A stretch of DNA of 64,000 nt from Nageia nagi (Eukaryota; Plantae; Pinophyta), in the NCBI GenBank assembly GCA_050084985.1, contig JBITNC010000002.1, forward strand, positions 28,148,001 through 28,212,000, read 5' to 3'. The notes beneath the pieces were generated by a model. It did not search any database and was not told where the DNA came from. It worked only from the letters and a program-made list of their open reading frames with translations. Of this stretch, positions 25,560-37,959 are shown piece after piece. A program made the position numbers and the translations under genes. How positions within the stretch are numbered: the stretch's first letter is position 1; each line of letters starts with the position of its first letter.

Positions 25560-28500
25560 TAAGCATCAAAAATAATTGCAAACAATTATGCATGAGTTTT
25601 AGGATGTCTTTACAAAGCCAAAGGGGTTGCCCTCTAAAAGGGATATTGATCATGAATTCAATTATTGCTTGATACTTCTCTACCTAACCTAGGATTATAT
25701 AGGTAGTTGGTAGAGTGTGAGGAGATAAAGAAGAAAATTTGGTTCACCTATTGTGTTGGTGTCAAAGAAGGATTGGACTTGGAGAATGTACATAGATTAT
25801 CATGTAATGGAAAAAATTACTATTAAAAACATATATGCATTACCTCGTATTGATGATTTGATGGATCAATTACAAGGGAAAAAGCATTCCTCCATGTTGG
25901 ACTTGAGGAGTGGATATCACTAAGTGAGAATCAAGGAGAATATTTGGAAGACTACATTCAAAACTATGCAAGGATTGTAGAAGTGGTTAGTTCTTCCTCT
26001 TGCCTTGTGCAATGCACCAACCACCTTCATGATGGTGATGAATGAAGTTCTCCGACCTAGTATTGGTTATTTTTGTTCACAAACAATCTTGAGAGGAATA
26101 CCTAGTACACTTAAAATAAGTGTTGCAAACTTTACAAAAGGGAAGTTGTTTTTAAAGATGCAAAAAAGTAAGTTTGGAAAATAGTATTTGTTGTATCTAA
26201 GGCTTGTTGTAGGTGGATGATAGCTAAAAATTGATCCTAAGAAGATTAAAACCATTATGAAGTGGCCAAGACCTACTAATATCAATAAGACAAGAAGTTT
26301 CTTAGGGGTTGTCCAATATACCAAAACTTTATTTATGATATTTTCTATTGTTACTACTTTATTACATGATATTACTAATATAAAAAAGGAATTAAATGGG
26401 GTAAAAAACAACAATCATCTTTTTACTTTTTGAAACAAAAGATTAGTAATGCTCTGATGTTAACATTAACAAACTTGCAACAAACATTTGAGATTGAGAG
26501 AGATGTGAGTATGCCAAAGGGTTTTTTTTTTTTTTTACAAGAAGGAAGATCCATATATTATCACTAAAAAATAAATTAATGGGGTATTCTTGAGCTATCA
26601 TGTATAGGATAAGGAGTTATATGCATTGGTACAAGCTATGAAGAAGTGGAAGCATTACTTGTTGGGAAATGAAACTGTTATCCATACTAACCATCAAACT
26701 TTACAATACTTACAAACTCAATCAAAATTGAAATAGTTAAGATATTTTAGGTGGATGGGATTCTTGCAACAATTTCACTTAATCATTAAGTACAAAAAGG
26801 GTAGTACAAATAAAATTGTAGATATGCTTTTTAGACCCCCAATAAAAGTTTCAGTTGTAGGTACAATGATGAATCTTTGTCCTTTTGTTCATGAGGCATA
26901 AAAGGCAGCATATTTAGTTGGCAAAGCCTTTAAAGAGGTTTATCAAAAATTACAAGTCACAAAAATAGATGGTTTTCCAACATCGTCGTTGGGATGTTTT
27001 TCAATGTCATCCTTGAAGTACACTATGGCAACATCGTTGAACAATGAGGAGACAACTAATTATTACCTAAAAGATGGACTTATTTAAAAGTTGCATAAGT
27101 TATGTCCTTGAAGGTGAAAGAATTTAGTTGATTATAAAGGCACATAAATCATATATAGTTGGTACATGTTGGAGTGGGAAAGATAGTTGCAAATATGCAG
27201 ATGTTTATTGGCATAAGATGCACAAGCAAGTTTTAAAGTATATTCATGGTTGTGTGATGTGTTACACTAGTAAGCCTAGCAGTAGGAAATTAGATTTGTA
27301 TACCACTTTTAGTTCCCAGAAAATCTTGGGAGAGTATGTCTATGGATTTTATGGTGGATTGATTAAGTCTAGAAAGGGGTATAATTATTTATTTGTAATA
27401 GTGGAGAGATTTAACAAAATATTTGTGTTAATTCCTTGTAAAAAGACTATAACATGCCAAGATGTAGCAAACATGTTATTTTCTCATGTTTGGGTTAATT
27501 ACTTCTATTATATCAAATATGTATACAATATTTTTGGGCAAATTTTGAACTTGTTTATGAGAAACGATGGATACAAGATTGAAAAGAAACATTGTATTTC
27601 ATTCTCAAACTGATGGGCAAACTAAAGTGGTGAATAGGGGTACTCTAGCAAGCATCCAAGGACTTAGGACGAACAACCTATGTACATTCATCACTCTTAC
27701 AATCAAGCAATCCACACTTCTACTAATAGGACTCCATTTGAGACATGTTTTGGGTATCTTTCGTCATCACAATTTGATGTTATTTTTGGGCAACAAGAAG
27801 ACAATGAATAAAACAGTATTGAATGAAGAACAACATGAGAAGTTTATTGATAGAATTTGACATGCTTACCTAAAGGTACAAGAGCAACTAAAGGCCAACC
27901 AAGCTAATTTGAAACCTCTTAAATATGGACCTTTTGACATTATTGAGCAATTAAATGAGAATGCTTTCAAATTATATCTTCTAGTTTATATGCAAATATA
28001 CTTGATGGTTAATGTGGGGAACTTAATAGTTGTTTGAACCAACCATGATCACTAAAGAAGAAGTGGTACATGTGTTACCAGTTATTGATGACTTGTCTCC
28101 AAATACTATGATAAAACTTATGGAGGATTTCATATTGCAATAGAAGGTTCGTACTACTAGGAGAGGACAACAAGAGATATGGATGGTTGTTTTGAAGAGG
28201 CAATTTCCTAAGAAGGCAAGATGTTATGATAAAACTAAGGTGTAGGAGTTATTTCTTCACCTTATTCAAACGTAAAGCTTTTGGAAACCAAATGCGTCCT
28301 CATTGGGGAGGTGTGATTTGAAAAGAATTAGAGTTGTAAAAAATCAAACATCTTAATGTGAACATCTTAAGCATAAGTTTTCATGCTCAATGTTTGGCAT
28401 ATTCCTTTTGTTTCTTGTGGAGTTTACTTGTAGTATCTTTGTGATATCATTGATCAGGACTCTAGGGACATCGTTGGCTTACTCCTCAGCATTATTATTG

Positions 28501-29298
28501 ACTTATGTCACACTCTAGTTGTGAAATATTGGGGACTCATGTAGTTGAGTGTTAGATCCATCTTGGAGGCTTCTTGGAAGAGATTGATTAAGTTTAGACC
28601 TCAACTCAACCATGACCCAACTTTGACCCCATTGTGGAAAATGACTTAAAGGTTAATGACATCACTAAACTAGCAAAGAGGCTAGCAACATTGTTGGATG
28701 AACATAGCATTTTTAAAAGGGAAGATAAAGCATCAAAGTCATTCCAAGGCATTTTTGGGCCTCAAAAGTCATATTGTAAGTGAAGAGATGGGGTCTACCA
28801 GGTTGAATATCCATGGGAAACTAGTAGAAGGGGTTGTTGAAGACTTTTAGAGAGTTGAAAGTAAATGTTTCCCCACATTGGCCTTTGCCACTATAAATAC
28901 ATGTGATGGTGGAATTGACCTTTGGTTGTAGTGAAGATTTGCAATGAATAAAAAGATTGGAGAGTTGTTGGTAGGAATTGATCTTAGAGTACTAGAGATC
29001 GTTTTTTGGAGGAGGTGTCCATTGTGGGTAGTAGCACTCTTACCTATTGTAAGTGTATGCTTCATTATTGATCAATATATATCAAAGCTTGAATTGAAAG
29101 TAGATGTTTCCTCAAATTGGCCTTTGCCACTGTAAATACACATGTTTTTTGTGTTTATGCATTATTTGACTGGTTATATGTTGTTGTCTTAATCAATTAT
29201 TGCTAAAAAAATATGGAATTAAATCCGTCATTATAAAATATTGAAATTTGTGTTTGAGAGATCCATAAAAACATAGTTTACTAGTGATTGTAGATCAA
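25560..29298 (+). mobile_element. Degenerate Ty3/gypsy pol (RT-RNaseH-INT), PPT and 3' LTR
   Basis: [66 protein letters not shown] motifs with stops. PPT GGGGAGG then TGTGAT at 28312. LTR end approximate. Confidence 0.8.
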
Positions 29299-30056
29299 TA
29301 GTTGAGGATATTCTTTTATGGGATCATTCTTTTCAAGAAAATATTTTTACTTCTCTCATCAATAAGAAGCTCCTCCAAATACAAGATATGGGGTCTTTCA
29401 CTACTAGGAGAAGCTCACTTGTTGCGAAATTTGATGGAAGATATGGGATTGTGCATCATAAGCCTATTGATAAAAATGAAATCATAACAATTTATTATAC
29501 CATAGAGAATGAATGTATAACTCTTATTTCTAATATATGGGAAAATGGGCATAACATATATGTGGTTCTTGATTAAAGCATTACATTTAATAATGCTTTC
29601 AAGTCCTTTAGTTCATCTTAGAAAAAGGAGTATCATATTCTTCTCAAACTATAGATGTCCAAGATGAGATTTGTAAAACTTCTTTTCCCTACAATTTGGA
29701 GCATAAAAATATTTATGAAACATTCTCTATGACTTGGTTCACATCATTAAACATGATAAAGTTGAACATATAATTCATGAGGATTCTTGTGATGAAACTC
29801 TTTTGTTAGAGTCTTTCTATGCTCAAAGATAATACTAGTAAGGATATTTTTTCTTTTTATAATGAAATGGATGATATGGTTATAAATCCTCATGTTTAGA
29901 AGCCTTGTGTTGGTATTCATGTATGAACATCTGGCTTCTCACAAGACTGTCATAATGTTATGATTTAGTTGTTTATTTGACTGATTCTTGTATATGTCAT
30001 TTAATTATCAATCTGAGGTCGTCTTATTTTAACAAGGGTCATGCATTGTATGTGCA

Positions 30057-31522
30057 GATGTGTTGCAAATTGATCCTATGGCGTTGTAGAAAGGGAAACA
30101 CTCTATTCTGAAAAACAGTAAACTTGCGAAATGTAACTCTTATACTAAGCTTCACACCCAAACAGAGGAGGAATCTATGTTAGGAATTCAAAACACAGCG
30201 ACTAAACTAGGAAGCAGTAAAAGGAAAAGAAACAACAATTAAGTTATAAACAGCTAATTCTAGGAAATCATAAATGATAAAATCAAAAACGAAAAGAAAC
30301 CTAATCAAACTGAAAACAAAAGTCTTCAACTTAACCAATTGAAATGGATGGTGGACGGTGATAGTGGCCTGTTAGCAGCGTGATCAGCAAGCTTGAACAA
30401 ACAAGAATTGAACATATAAACTGTGCTGACACAGAATGAACTTGCACATAAACGGATTTGTATAACAGAAATCACACAACAATCTTAGTCTATTTTGACA
30501 TAAATCAAATCTAAACTATAGAGCAAGGGATCTAGCCTACTCTACTGGTTGTGGGTGGATCCTTGCCTAGCCAATAGGGAGTCTGCCCCTTCCTTTATGC
30601 TTCAATCAAAATGAAACAGTTAAAAAAAAAACTGAAAACTTGCATTGTAGGAAGGAACAGTACATCAAATATGCTGCTGTTGTAAACTGAATACAATCTG
30701 CTATATTACTGTCTTATTCATGTTGATCTATGTTCCTTCTATTCACAGCACTGAAAGACAATACAATTTATAGAATTGGAGTGAATCTCAGTGCAGCATC
30801 CCTATTTATTGTTCTGAAACTACTCAACGACTTGCATGAAACAAACTACAACAGAATCTGAAAACAAACTGCTAGTTAGAATCCTAATTTGGCTATAGGT
30901 TGGAAATAGTTTAGATTCTGTTACAGATATGTTGGTTCTGTTAATATCTCTTCATATTCATCATTACTCAGTTCTGTTCGTGTTCAATGTGATTTGGACT
31001 GATCTTAACAAATTCTGGTCGACTGCGAGCTGTTTGGAAGTTGGTTGGCAGTCTTTTGGGTCAGTTGTGGTCCATTGCGAATGGACGGCTGTGAATTATT
31101 CATTAGACAGTTGGCTCTGTGAGCCGTTGCAGGTGGTACAAAAATTCAGGTAGTCAGCTCTGCAGGCTGATGCATGCGGTCCAAAAAATGTGCCCACTAC
31201 GAGTCATTGGAAATTACTGCCCCTTATGTTTTTTTGGCTTCTTGTTTACCTGACAAAGAGAAAAACACAGAATACCTCCAAAAGGACATGATTAACCACA
31301 TAAATTCTATTTTCTTGCCAATTATACTTTAAGAATCGATCATACAATAAACCCATTCAAATTGGCCAAAATATCGATATATGTTAGTAAAGGAAAATAG
31401 TGTTCAAACTGGTTTCAGAAAACACAAAAAAACAAGGTATTTCTGGGCCCATCTTTTATTTTTCTTACAAATTATCTGGATGGTCTTTTGTTGGATATAA
31501 ATATTTTATTTTACTTCGATCA
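30057..31522. mobile_element. Probable solo LTR
   Basis: About 1.47 kb non-coding, less CpG-depleted block, (T)GATGTG...TCGATCA, flanked by GTGCA (30052-56) / GCGCA (31523-27). First T of the TG end is missing. Confidence 0.45.
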
Positions 31523-31917
31523 GCGCAGAGGCTATGAAGGTTCTAGGAGGTAGTTGTTTCCTCATAAAAAAAAGGAAGATACTTTCATTTGGATTATTCA
31601 ATGAAAATGCAAGATTATAACTTATACACATTTCTTATGCTTAGAATGAATTATCATGTAGAGAGAATCCATGATGAACAATTCTTTGTGCTATTGTTGA
31701 GATCTTATGGATATGATGGAAATTGGAACTGATGTTTTTTTAGCATGCAGGTTTTAACAAATTAATTTTATTATGGAAAATTACAAAAGTAACCTCAACA
31801 ACTGATATATTTACAAATTTGGCCCTATAAAAATTTTAATTACAAAAATAATCATGTGTACGTCAGAACTATTAGTAGTAGGGGGTGGTTCAGTAAGCCC
31901 AAATTCTCCATATCCTG

Positions 31918-32319
31918 CTACCGCGATCTTCTCCAAATCCTACAAAAGAAATCCATATCCACTCGAAGCTCCATTCCACAACTGTACCATCCCACGCAGG
32001 CTGCAATTTCAGTCATCACATATCCCACCCATCCCATGCTGTTCTCACCCATGGCATAAGAGTAGCGATAGTTGAGCATATCTATTGCTACAAGCTTCTC
32101 CTTAGCCCATTTGTCTCGAGCCTTCACCAATCTCATGCAACCAACTGAATTCGCCTCTCCTTCAAGATGATCGCACACCTCCACAAGTGTTGCCTACTTC
32201 TTCAGCCCTAGGAAATCTGAGCTTATCATCCATACAGATTCAGACTCTGATTCAATGTTTTTACAACAGATGATGCCCATTTCCCCTTCCCTTCCTTTCC
32301 GATCAGGTTTCTTTATTTT
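31918..32319 (-). pseudogene. Unidentified protein-coding exon or gene fragment with one in-frame stop
   Basis: After acceptor TTTAG (32320-21): KIKKPDRKGREGEMGIICCKNIESESESVWMISSDFLGLKK*ATLVEVCDHLEGEANSVGCMRLVKARDKWAKEKLVAIDMLNYRYSYAMGENSMGWVGYV... Gene-like GC content, not TE-like; TAG at 32194-96. Confidence 0.5.
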
Positions 32320-33871
32320 CTAAAGAATGTATCAATTTTGCATAATTTTCGGATGATTCAGACCAACAGAATTACAGAGATAGAACTATGTACCACAAGC
32401 TCCAATTAACAATAAAAAAACCTCCATCGCAATCTGCTAACATATTGTGCTTCGTCGTGGTATGATCCATTCAATATTCTTTCTTATGATCTAAAAAAAT
32501 TAAATGAACAACAGAATCAAGTCATCATTGTAAGAAATCTGCCGGATCATATTGCGGCTGAAGTATAATTACAAACCATTAAGAAAAGGACAGCCTAATG
32601 TGGAACAGAAGAATTGGGTGCAGTGAGAATGCTGAAAAATGGAAGTACATTGATATTCAATGTCCTGAGAATGTGGTTGGGATAAAACATCGTGAGGCAC
32701 ATAAAAATGGCGTTGACATACACAAGGCCATTTTTGAAATTAAAATTTTTACAAGGTTAAATCTATGTTAATTGTTGGGGCCATTTTTGTAATTTTACTT
32801 TTTATTATTTTGTAAGAACTATGCTATTTTTACTTCCAAGAAAGAAAAAAACTCTGGAGATCTATATGAAAATATCCATTAGGGAAGTAGTCCAAGAAAG
32901 AAGAAAGTATTATCAAATGGACACAATGCTAAATGTTGAAGTTCATGACCATAAACCTCTCAACAAGGTATCATAGGAAATGTATAAATACAAGACTAAA
33001 TATGAGAAATAAGTATCACTATTGGCAACATTCCGCAAAGTCCCAGGAATGAGGGAACGTATTCGTAGAAACAGAGAACAACGGAGGTCATTTTTAGGAA
33101 ATGCTTTGGGAACGATAGGGTGAACAACAAGTATAATATCAGTAAAAATTCTCAGAATTTTCAAATTTTTGAAATTTCATTGTTTTTAATTCATTATTAT
33201 TATCAATTCAATCATGTATACAAAACTTGGAACTAAAATTAAAAATCAAATATGAATCAAAATATCAAATTGACCCATAATCGATGATCATAAGATTGTA
33301 GACATAATCATCATATAGTGCCATTAAGTCTGAATCAATCTAGAAAATAATGATAAATGTGAAATCTCAAATCAAAAAATACTGAAGTATGAAATCATAG
33401 TAGTGAAACTGTAAATACTAAAATTAAATAGTATTAACTACATACATAGACTAGACTTTGACATGAATATGTCAAATCAAAATGCCAAAAGTGAGTATAA
33501 AATGAATTGTGTTCGTCTTTGCATGCATATATAATGTCACTTTTGTTAGGAGGTGAGATCAATATATAGATCTTTGATGTTCTTTTGCATTGTGGTGCAT
33601 GGGTATAGTAGTAAGGTTGTGCATGGTGCATGATAGTGCGCCCCTTGATGGTAGCCCCCAATTAAAAAATTCTCCATCCGTACAACTATATTTTCATATT
33701 TCTGCAATTTTGTTATAGTGTGCTTGTTGATTTCTATTAACTTTTAGGGTTTGAGGGGTAGATACATTGGTGGGATCCACCCACATGTAATTTTGCACTT
33801 TATTTTTTAACTTGCTGCCCATAGCTTGGGGAACACCTTGATGTTCTCGGGAATGGCCAGACATTTCCAAC

Positions 33872-36800
33872 CATAGAATAAAAATACTTTTTTTTTATAA
33901 ATACGGCCCGAGGCCAAATACGTAAAAATAGCCAAAGTGCGGTGAAAATTCGTAGATTTAAAAAATCATAAATACGGAAAACTCAACAAAAAAATGGAAA
34001 AAGGATAGTAAAGAAATGTAAAATATAGGAAAAGTTTGTGCAAAAAAAAGGAAAATTTGGCAAAAAAGAATGGACAAAAGACTGGACAAAGACGGTAAAT
34101 TCTAGAAAAATATGTGGTGCATTAAAAAACAAAAAAAAAAAAGCATTTTTTGATATTTTTCTATAGAGCATGCTTATCTAATTGCCATAAATGATTAAAT
34201 CATTCCTATAAACAACCATATCATCTACCAAAACATTCATGACATAAAATTTAAAGAAAATGATAGTAGATTGTAATTCACGTTCATAAATCATAACATC
34301 AATATATGATAATAAAAGTCATCTACAAAATGTATGTCAGATCAAGATGTTTGCTCATAAAATCATAAGTGTACCACTACTATCTCATAGACTCATAATG
34401 CCATTGAGTGCCAGGCGCCAACAAAGTACAAAAAATGCTAAATAACTAAATACAATGTCTCATGACTCATCAATGTGTGTGGTCCGAGGCTCTAGCCCTT
34501 TTATTAATCAATCAACAACCACTACTACCACCACCACCATGTGCTCCACTAATAGGTGTAGTAGGAGACAAAGAAGGTGCTCTCATACGGGTAAGAGCAC
34601 TACGAGGAGGCAATCCTAAACTACTGGCATAGCCACCAACATTCTTGTGGGGCCTCTACCTCTAGTACCAAACAAGTGGCTCATCATCCTCAGGCTCACT
34701 CTTAATGTCTTAGTAAACTTGATGCTCATAAACCTATTGAGATCCAACACCATGACCAAACTCCACAACAGGAGGCAATGGATCAAAACGTTGAGGTTCC
34801 TCCTCTATTGCATGCTCCTCCTCCTCCTCGCCCTTATCTACAAGTTCATCTATCTCCTGCTCCATGTCAAGTCATTCTTCTTTAAATGCTTCATGTAACT
34901 ACTACTCTAGATCTTCCACGACATCCACTTGAGGTGCATCATTGTAAAAAAAGAAAAAAAAAGTCAACATTTATAGGACCTATCAAGAGTTTTTAAATAT
35001 CACATGTACGGGGTGCGAGTAAAATGAAGAACCTAAATGAGAGATCAATGGCATACAAGTTAATGGGCATCCTCATCCTTTTTTGCAATTACCTCACATA
35101 CAATTGCAGGATGACATAAATGTTCACTATCATTCAAGCGTTGTGTTGTCAACTTAATAACATAAAACAGATTTCATCATAATGAGCATTGACAACTGAG
35201 AAGCAAGAAGTGTCCATTAAATTTTGAAAGTTGAAATGAATCAAATTGATAACATGTTCCGCTTCTTGGAGTGAAATTTTTCAAATGCACTCCAATTGCA
35301 CTCACATCTTGAAGCGCTACATGTTTACCTAAGGATACAGATGGCAAATCTTTGCAACTCAAGTGTTTCATCCCCAAAATTTGTCCACCACAACTCTAAA
35401 AAATGAATTAACAAAGAAAAACCAGAAAATATTAAATATTTAAAGGACTAAATGTATAAACTTAAAAAATTTAAAATTATAAATATAAAGTTTTAAACTT
35501 AAAAAAAAACAACATAATGAACTTTGAACTTTTCTCACTTGGAGAGATCATAAAACATGCCTCTAGCAAAGTGATAACCAAAAAGGCCTCTTGAGTGCTT
35601 GTATGACTCGAGCTCCTTTAAGATTTTGGATTGAGTGGTGGGATCTTGAACCATACCAACTATGCATTTTGTAAGCCCCAAGTTAACATGAGTATCATTC
35701 TTGTATTTAGAGTTTGGTGCAAAAACAAAGATAGGGTTCAAGATGGCCCCTGCTCCATGAATAGGGCAATACAACATATTCCACCATCATTGATCAATAA
35801 GAGCCCAAAACTCCATGTGCTATTATCAAACTCATTCTCCTCATTAGGATGATCAATATAATAATGCATTATGGCCTCCTTGGCCTTAGCCATGGCGTTA
35901 TACAAATAGCCCATAGTGGGCCTATCACTATCAACCAAATGTAGGACTTGTACAAGTGGTGCAGTCATATTACAAATCTCTTTGAGCATCCTCCAAAATT
36001 CATCCCTAGCTATCGAAGAAGACACTACTATGCCCTCTAGCCGTGTACTCATGGCAAAATCACTCCACTCTTTGAAAACAAATATTGAACGCAACTCATG
36101 TATGTTCCTGAATATCGACTGAAGATAGATGAAATTAAAGGCAAAACATGTAACTCCTAGGTACAAGTCCCTATCGTTGGTGTACCTTCTCATCATGCTA
36201 GGAATTGTGGTCTTATTAAAAATGTACCTTGTAAGATAAGATAAAATAAGATAAGTATTTTAAGATAAGAAAAGATAAGATAAATGTACCTAGAGATTGT
36301 CCTTGCTTGGTCAACTACATATGTCACCCAAGGCATTTTGCCTATGTCCTCTAAAAGAAGATGAATGCAATGACAAGCACATGGAGTTCAGTATAAGGAG
36401 GGATAAATATTCATAAGCTTATTACCTATTGAAATATAACTAGAAGCATTGTCCGTGACCACCTAGACAATGTGCTCCGCCCCCACCTCCTTCACAAACT
36501 GATATAATAAGTCACATAATAAGGTTGCTCCTTTTGCCCTATCAGACACATCTATAGATTTCTTGAATAAAATGTCATATTTAGAGTACAACAAAAAATT
36601 AATTAAGCATCTACTCTTACTATCCGACTACCTGTCAAATAATATGGTACAACCCAATATCTTCCAAGATTCTTCAATGTTAGCCATTATGAAAAAAAAA
36701 TAAAACAAAACTAAAATAAAACAACGAAATAAAAAAAGTATTTAAAAAACTACAATTAAAGATATTTAAAAAAATAATAATTAAATTTTAATATGTACCT

Positions 36801-37959
36801 TTCCTGAACTTCCTATTTGAGATCCCTCATGAGAGGTCCTTGCATTTCAGCATGAGTGGTCGCCATATACCCAAGCTCGGGCATAACCCTTGCATTGATC
36901 GTTGATTGCCAAAATATTTTCTTGGTAATGTGAATTGGAACTCCATAATAAATCAATTTGGCCAATAACAAATCAACTTCTTTTTTCTCCTTCTTCAACA
37001 TATTGATAATAGATGGTTGGGCTCCAAGAGTTGCCTGTGGCTAAAAGTAAGAATGGATTCCAATAGGTCCACTTCCGGTAGGTTTACTTGCACTTGCACT
37101 TGGACTTGAAATAGTTGCACTTGCCGCAGAAGAACTCATCCCTCCTAGCTCCATTCGAAATGCTTGTTTCCTTTGTCTTTTCTCAACAATAGAATCCAAG
37201 GCTCTAATTACATCCAAGGCAAAATCTGGACCTACATTTGGGTAACTCTCCACATCTGTCCAGTCTTCAAAAAGATGCCTTTTAAATCTTGTAATTGTTC
37301 CCCGGACAGGCTTATTACAAAGATTACATTTGAAATGTGTTGAACTGCCTAGAACCCCCTCCAATGGAGTCACATACGACTAGAATTTGTACAACTCAAG
37401 CATTTTGCAAATGAAGAAATAGAGCTCCCAAATTTGAACCTCCTCCAACAATGCTCCCCTCTCCTTCTCTCAAGCATGTAAAGAAGAAATGAGAGGAAAT
37501 TTTCCTTGTTTCCCCTTATCCCACACTGAAGGCATGCCCGTCGTATTTGTGTTGTATTTGACATTTTTTTGTCGTTTAAATGCGAAATGTGTCAAGTATG
37601 GTAGGAAAGGGGTTAAGTGTCAAGTTTGCTAGCATTTTCAAGCCATATTCGGCATTTTTTCATGTTTTTTACATTTGTATGCCAAATACACAAAATACAT
37701 GTTTTTCCTTCAAAACAAGGTTCTACCACTGTCACCCAATGTTTTTTACCTGTATTTTGGACCGTATTTCATGTTTTTTTGGTGCCCCCATCGTTTGACT
37801 AGTCAACCTTACATTTTTTATCCATTTTCGTATTTTGCTTGTTTAAACACCCCATTTTTTGCTACTTAAAAACAACGTTTTTTAGGGTTAATACGGATAT
37901 TTTTGAAATACAAAAAATACATTGTATTTGGCATTTTTTCAGCCTTTTTTTATTCTATG
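33872..37959 (-). mobile_element. hAT DNA transposon (BED zinc finger, DUF659, hATC), decayed
   Basis: TIRs CATAGAATAAAAA / TTTTTATTCTATG; 8-bp TSD TTTCCAAC (33864-71) / TTCCCGAC (37960-67), two transitions; AATACG/CGTATT subterminal motifs. Confidence 0.9.
34500..37380 (-). pseudogene. hAT transposase pseudogene with introns
   Basis: FKCNLCNKPVRGTITRFKRHL (BED finger); VVTDNASSY...TPCACHCIHLLLEDIGK (DUF659); PLVQVLHLVDSDRPTMGYLY; AGAILNP; dimerisation-like region near 35050-35400. Stops and frameshifts. Confidence 0.85.
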
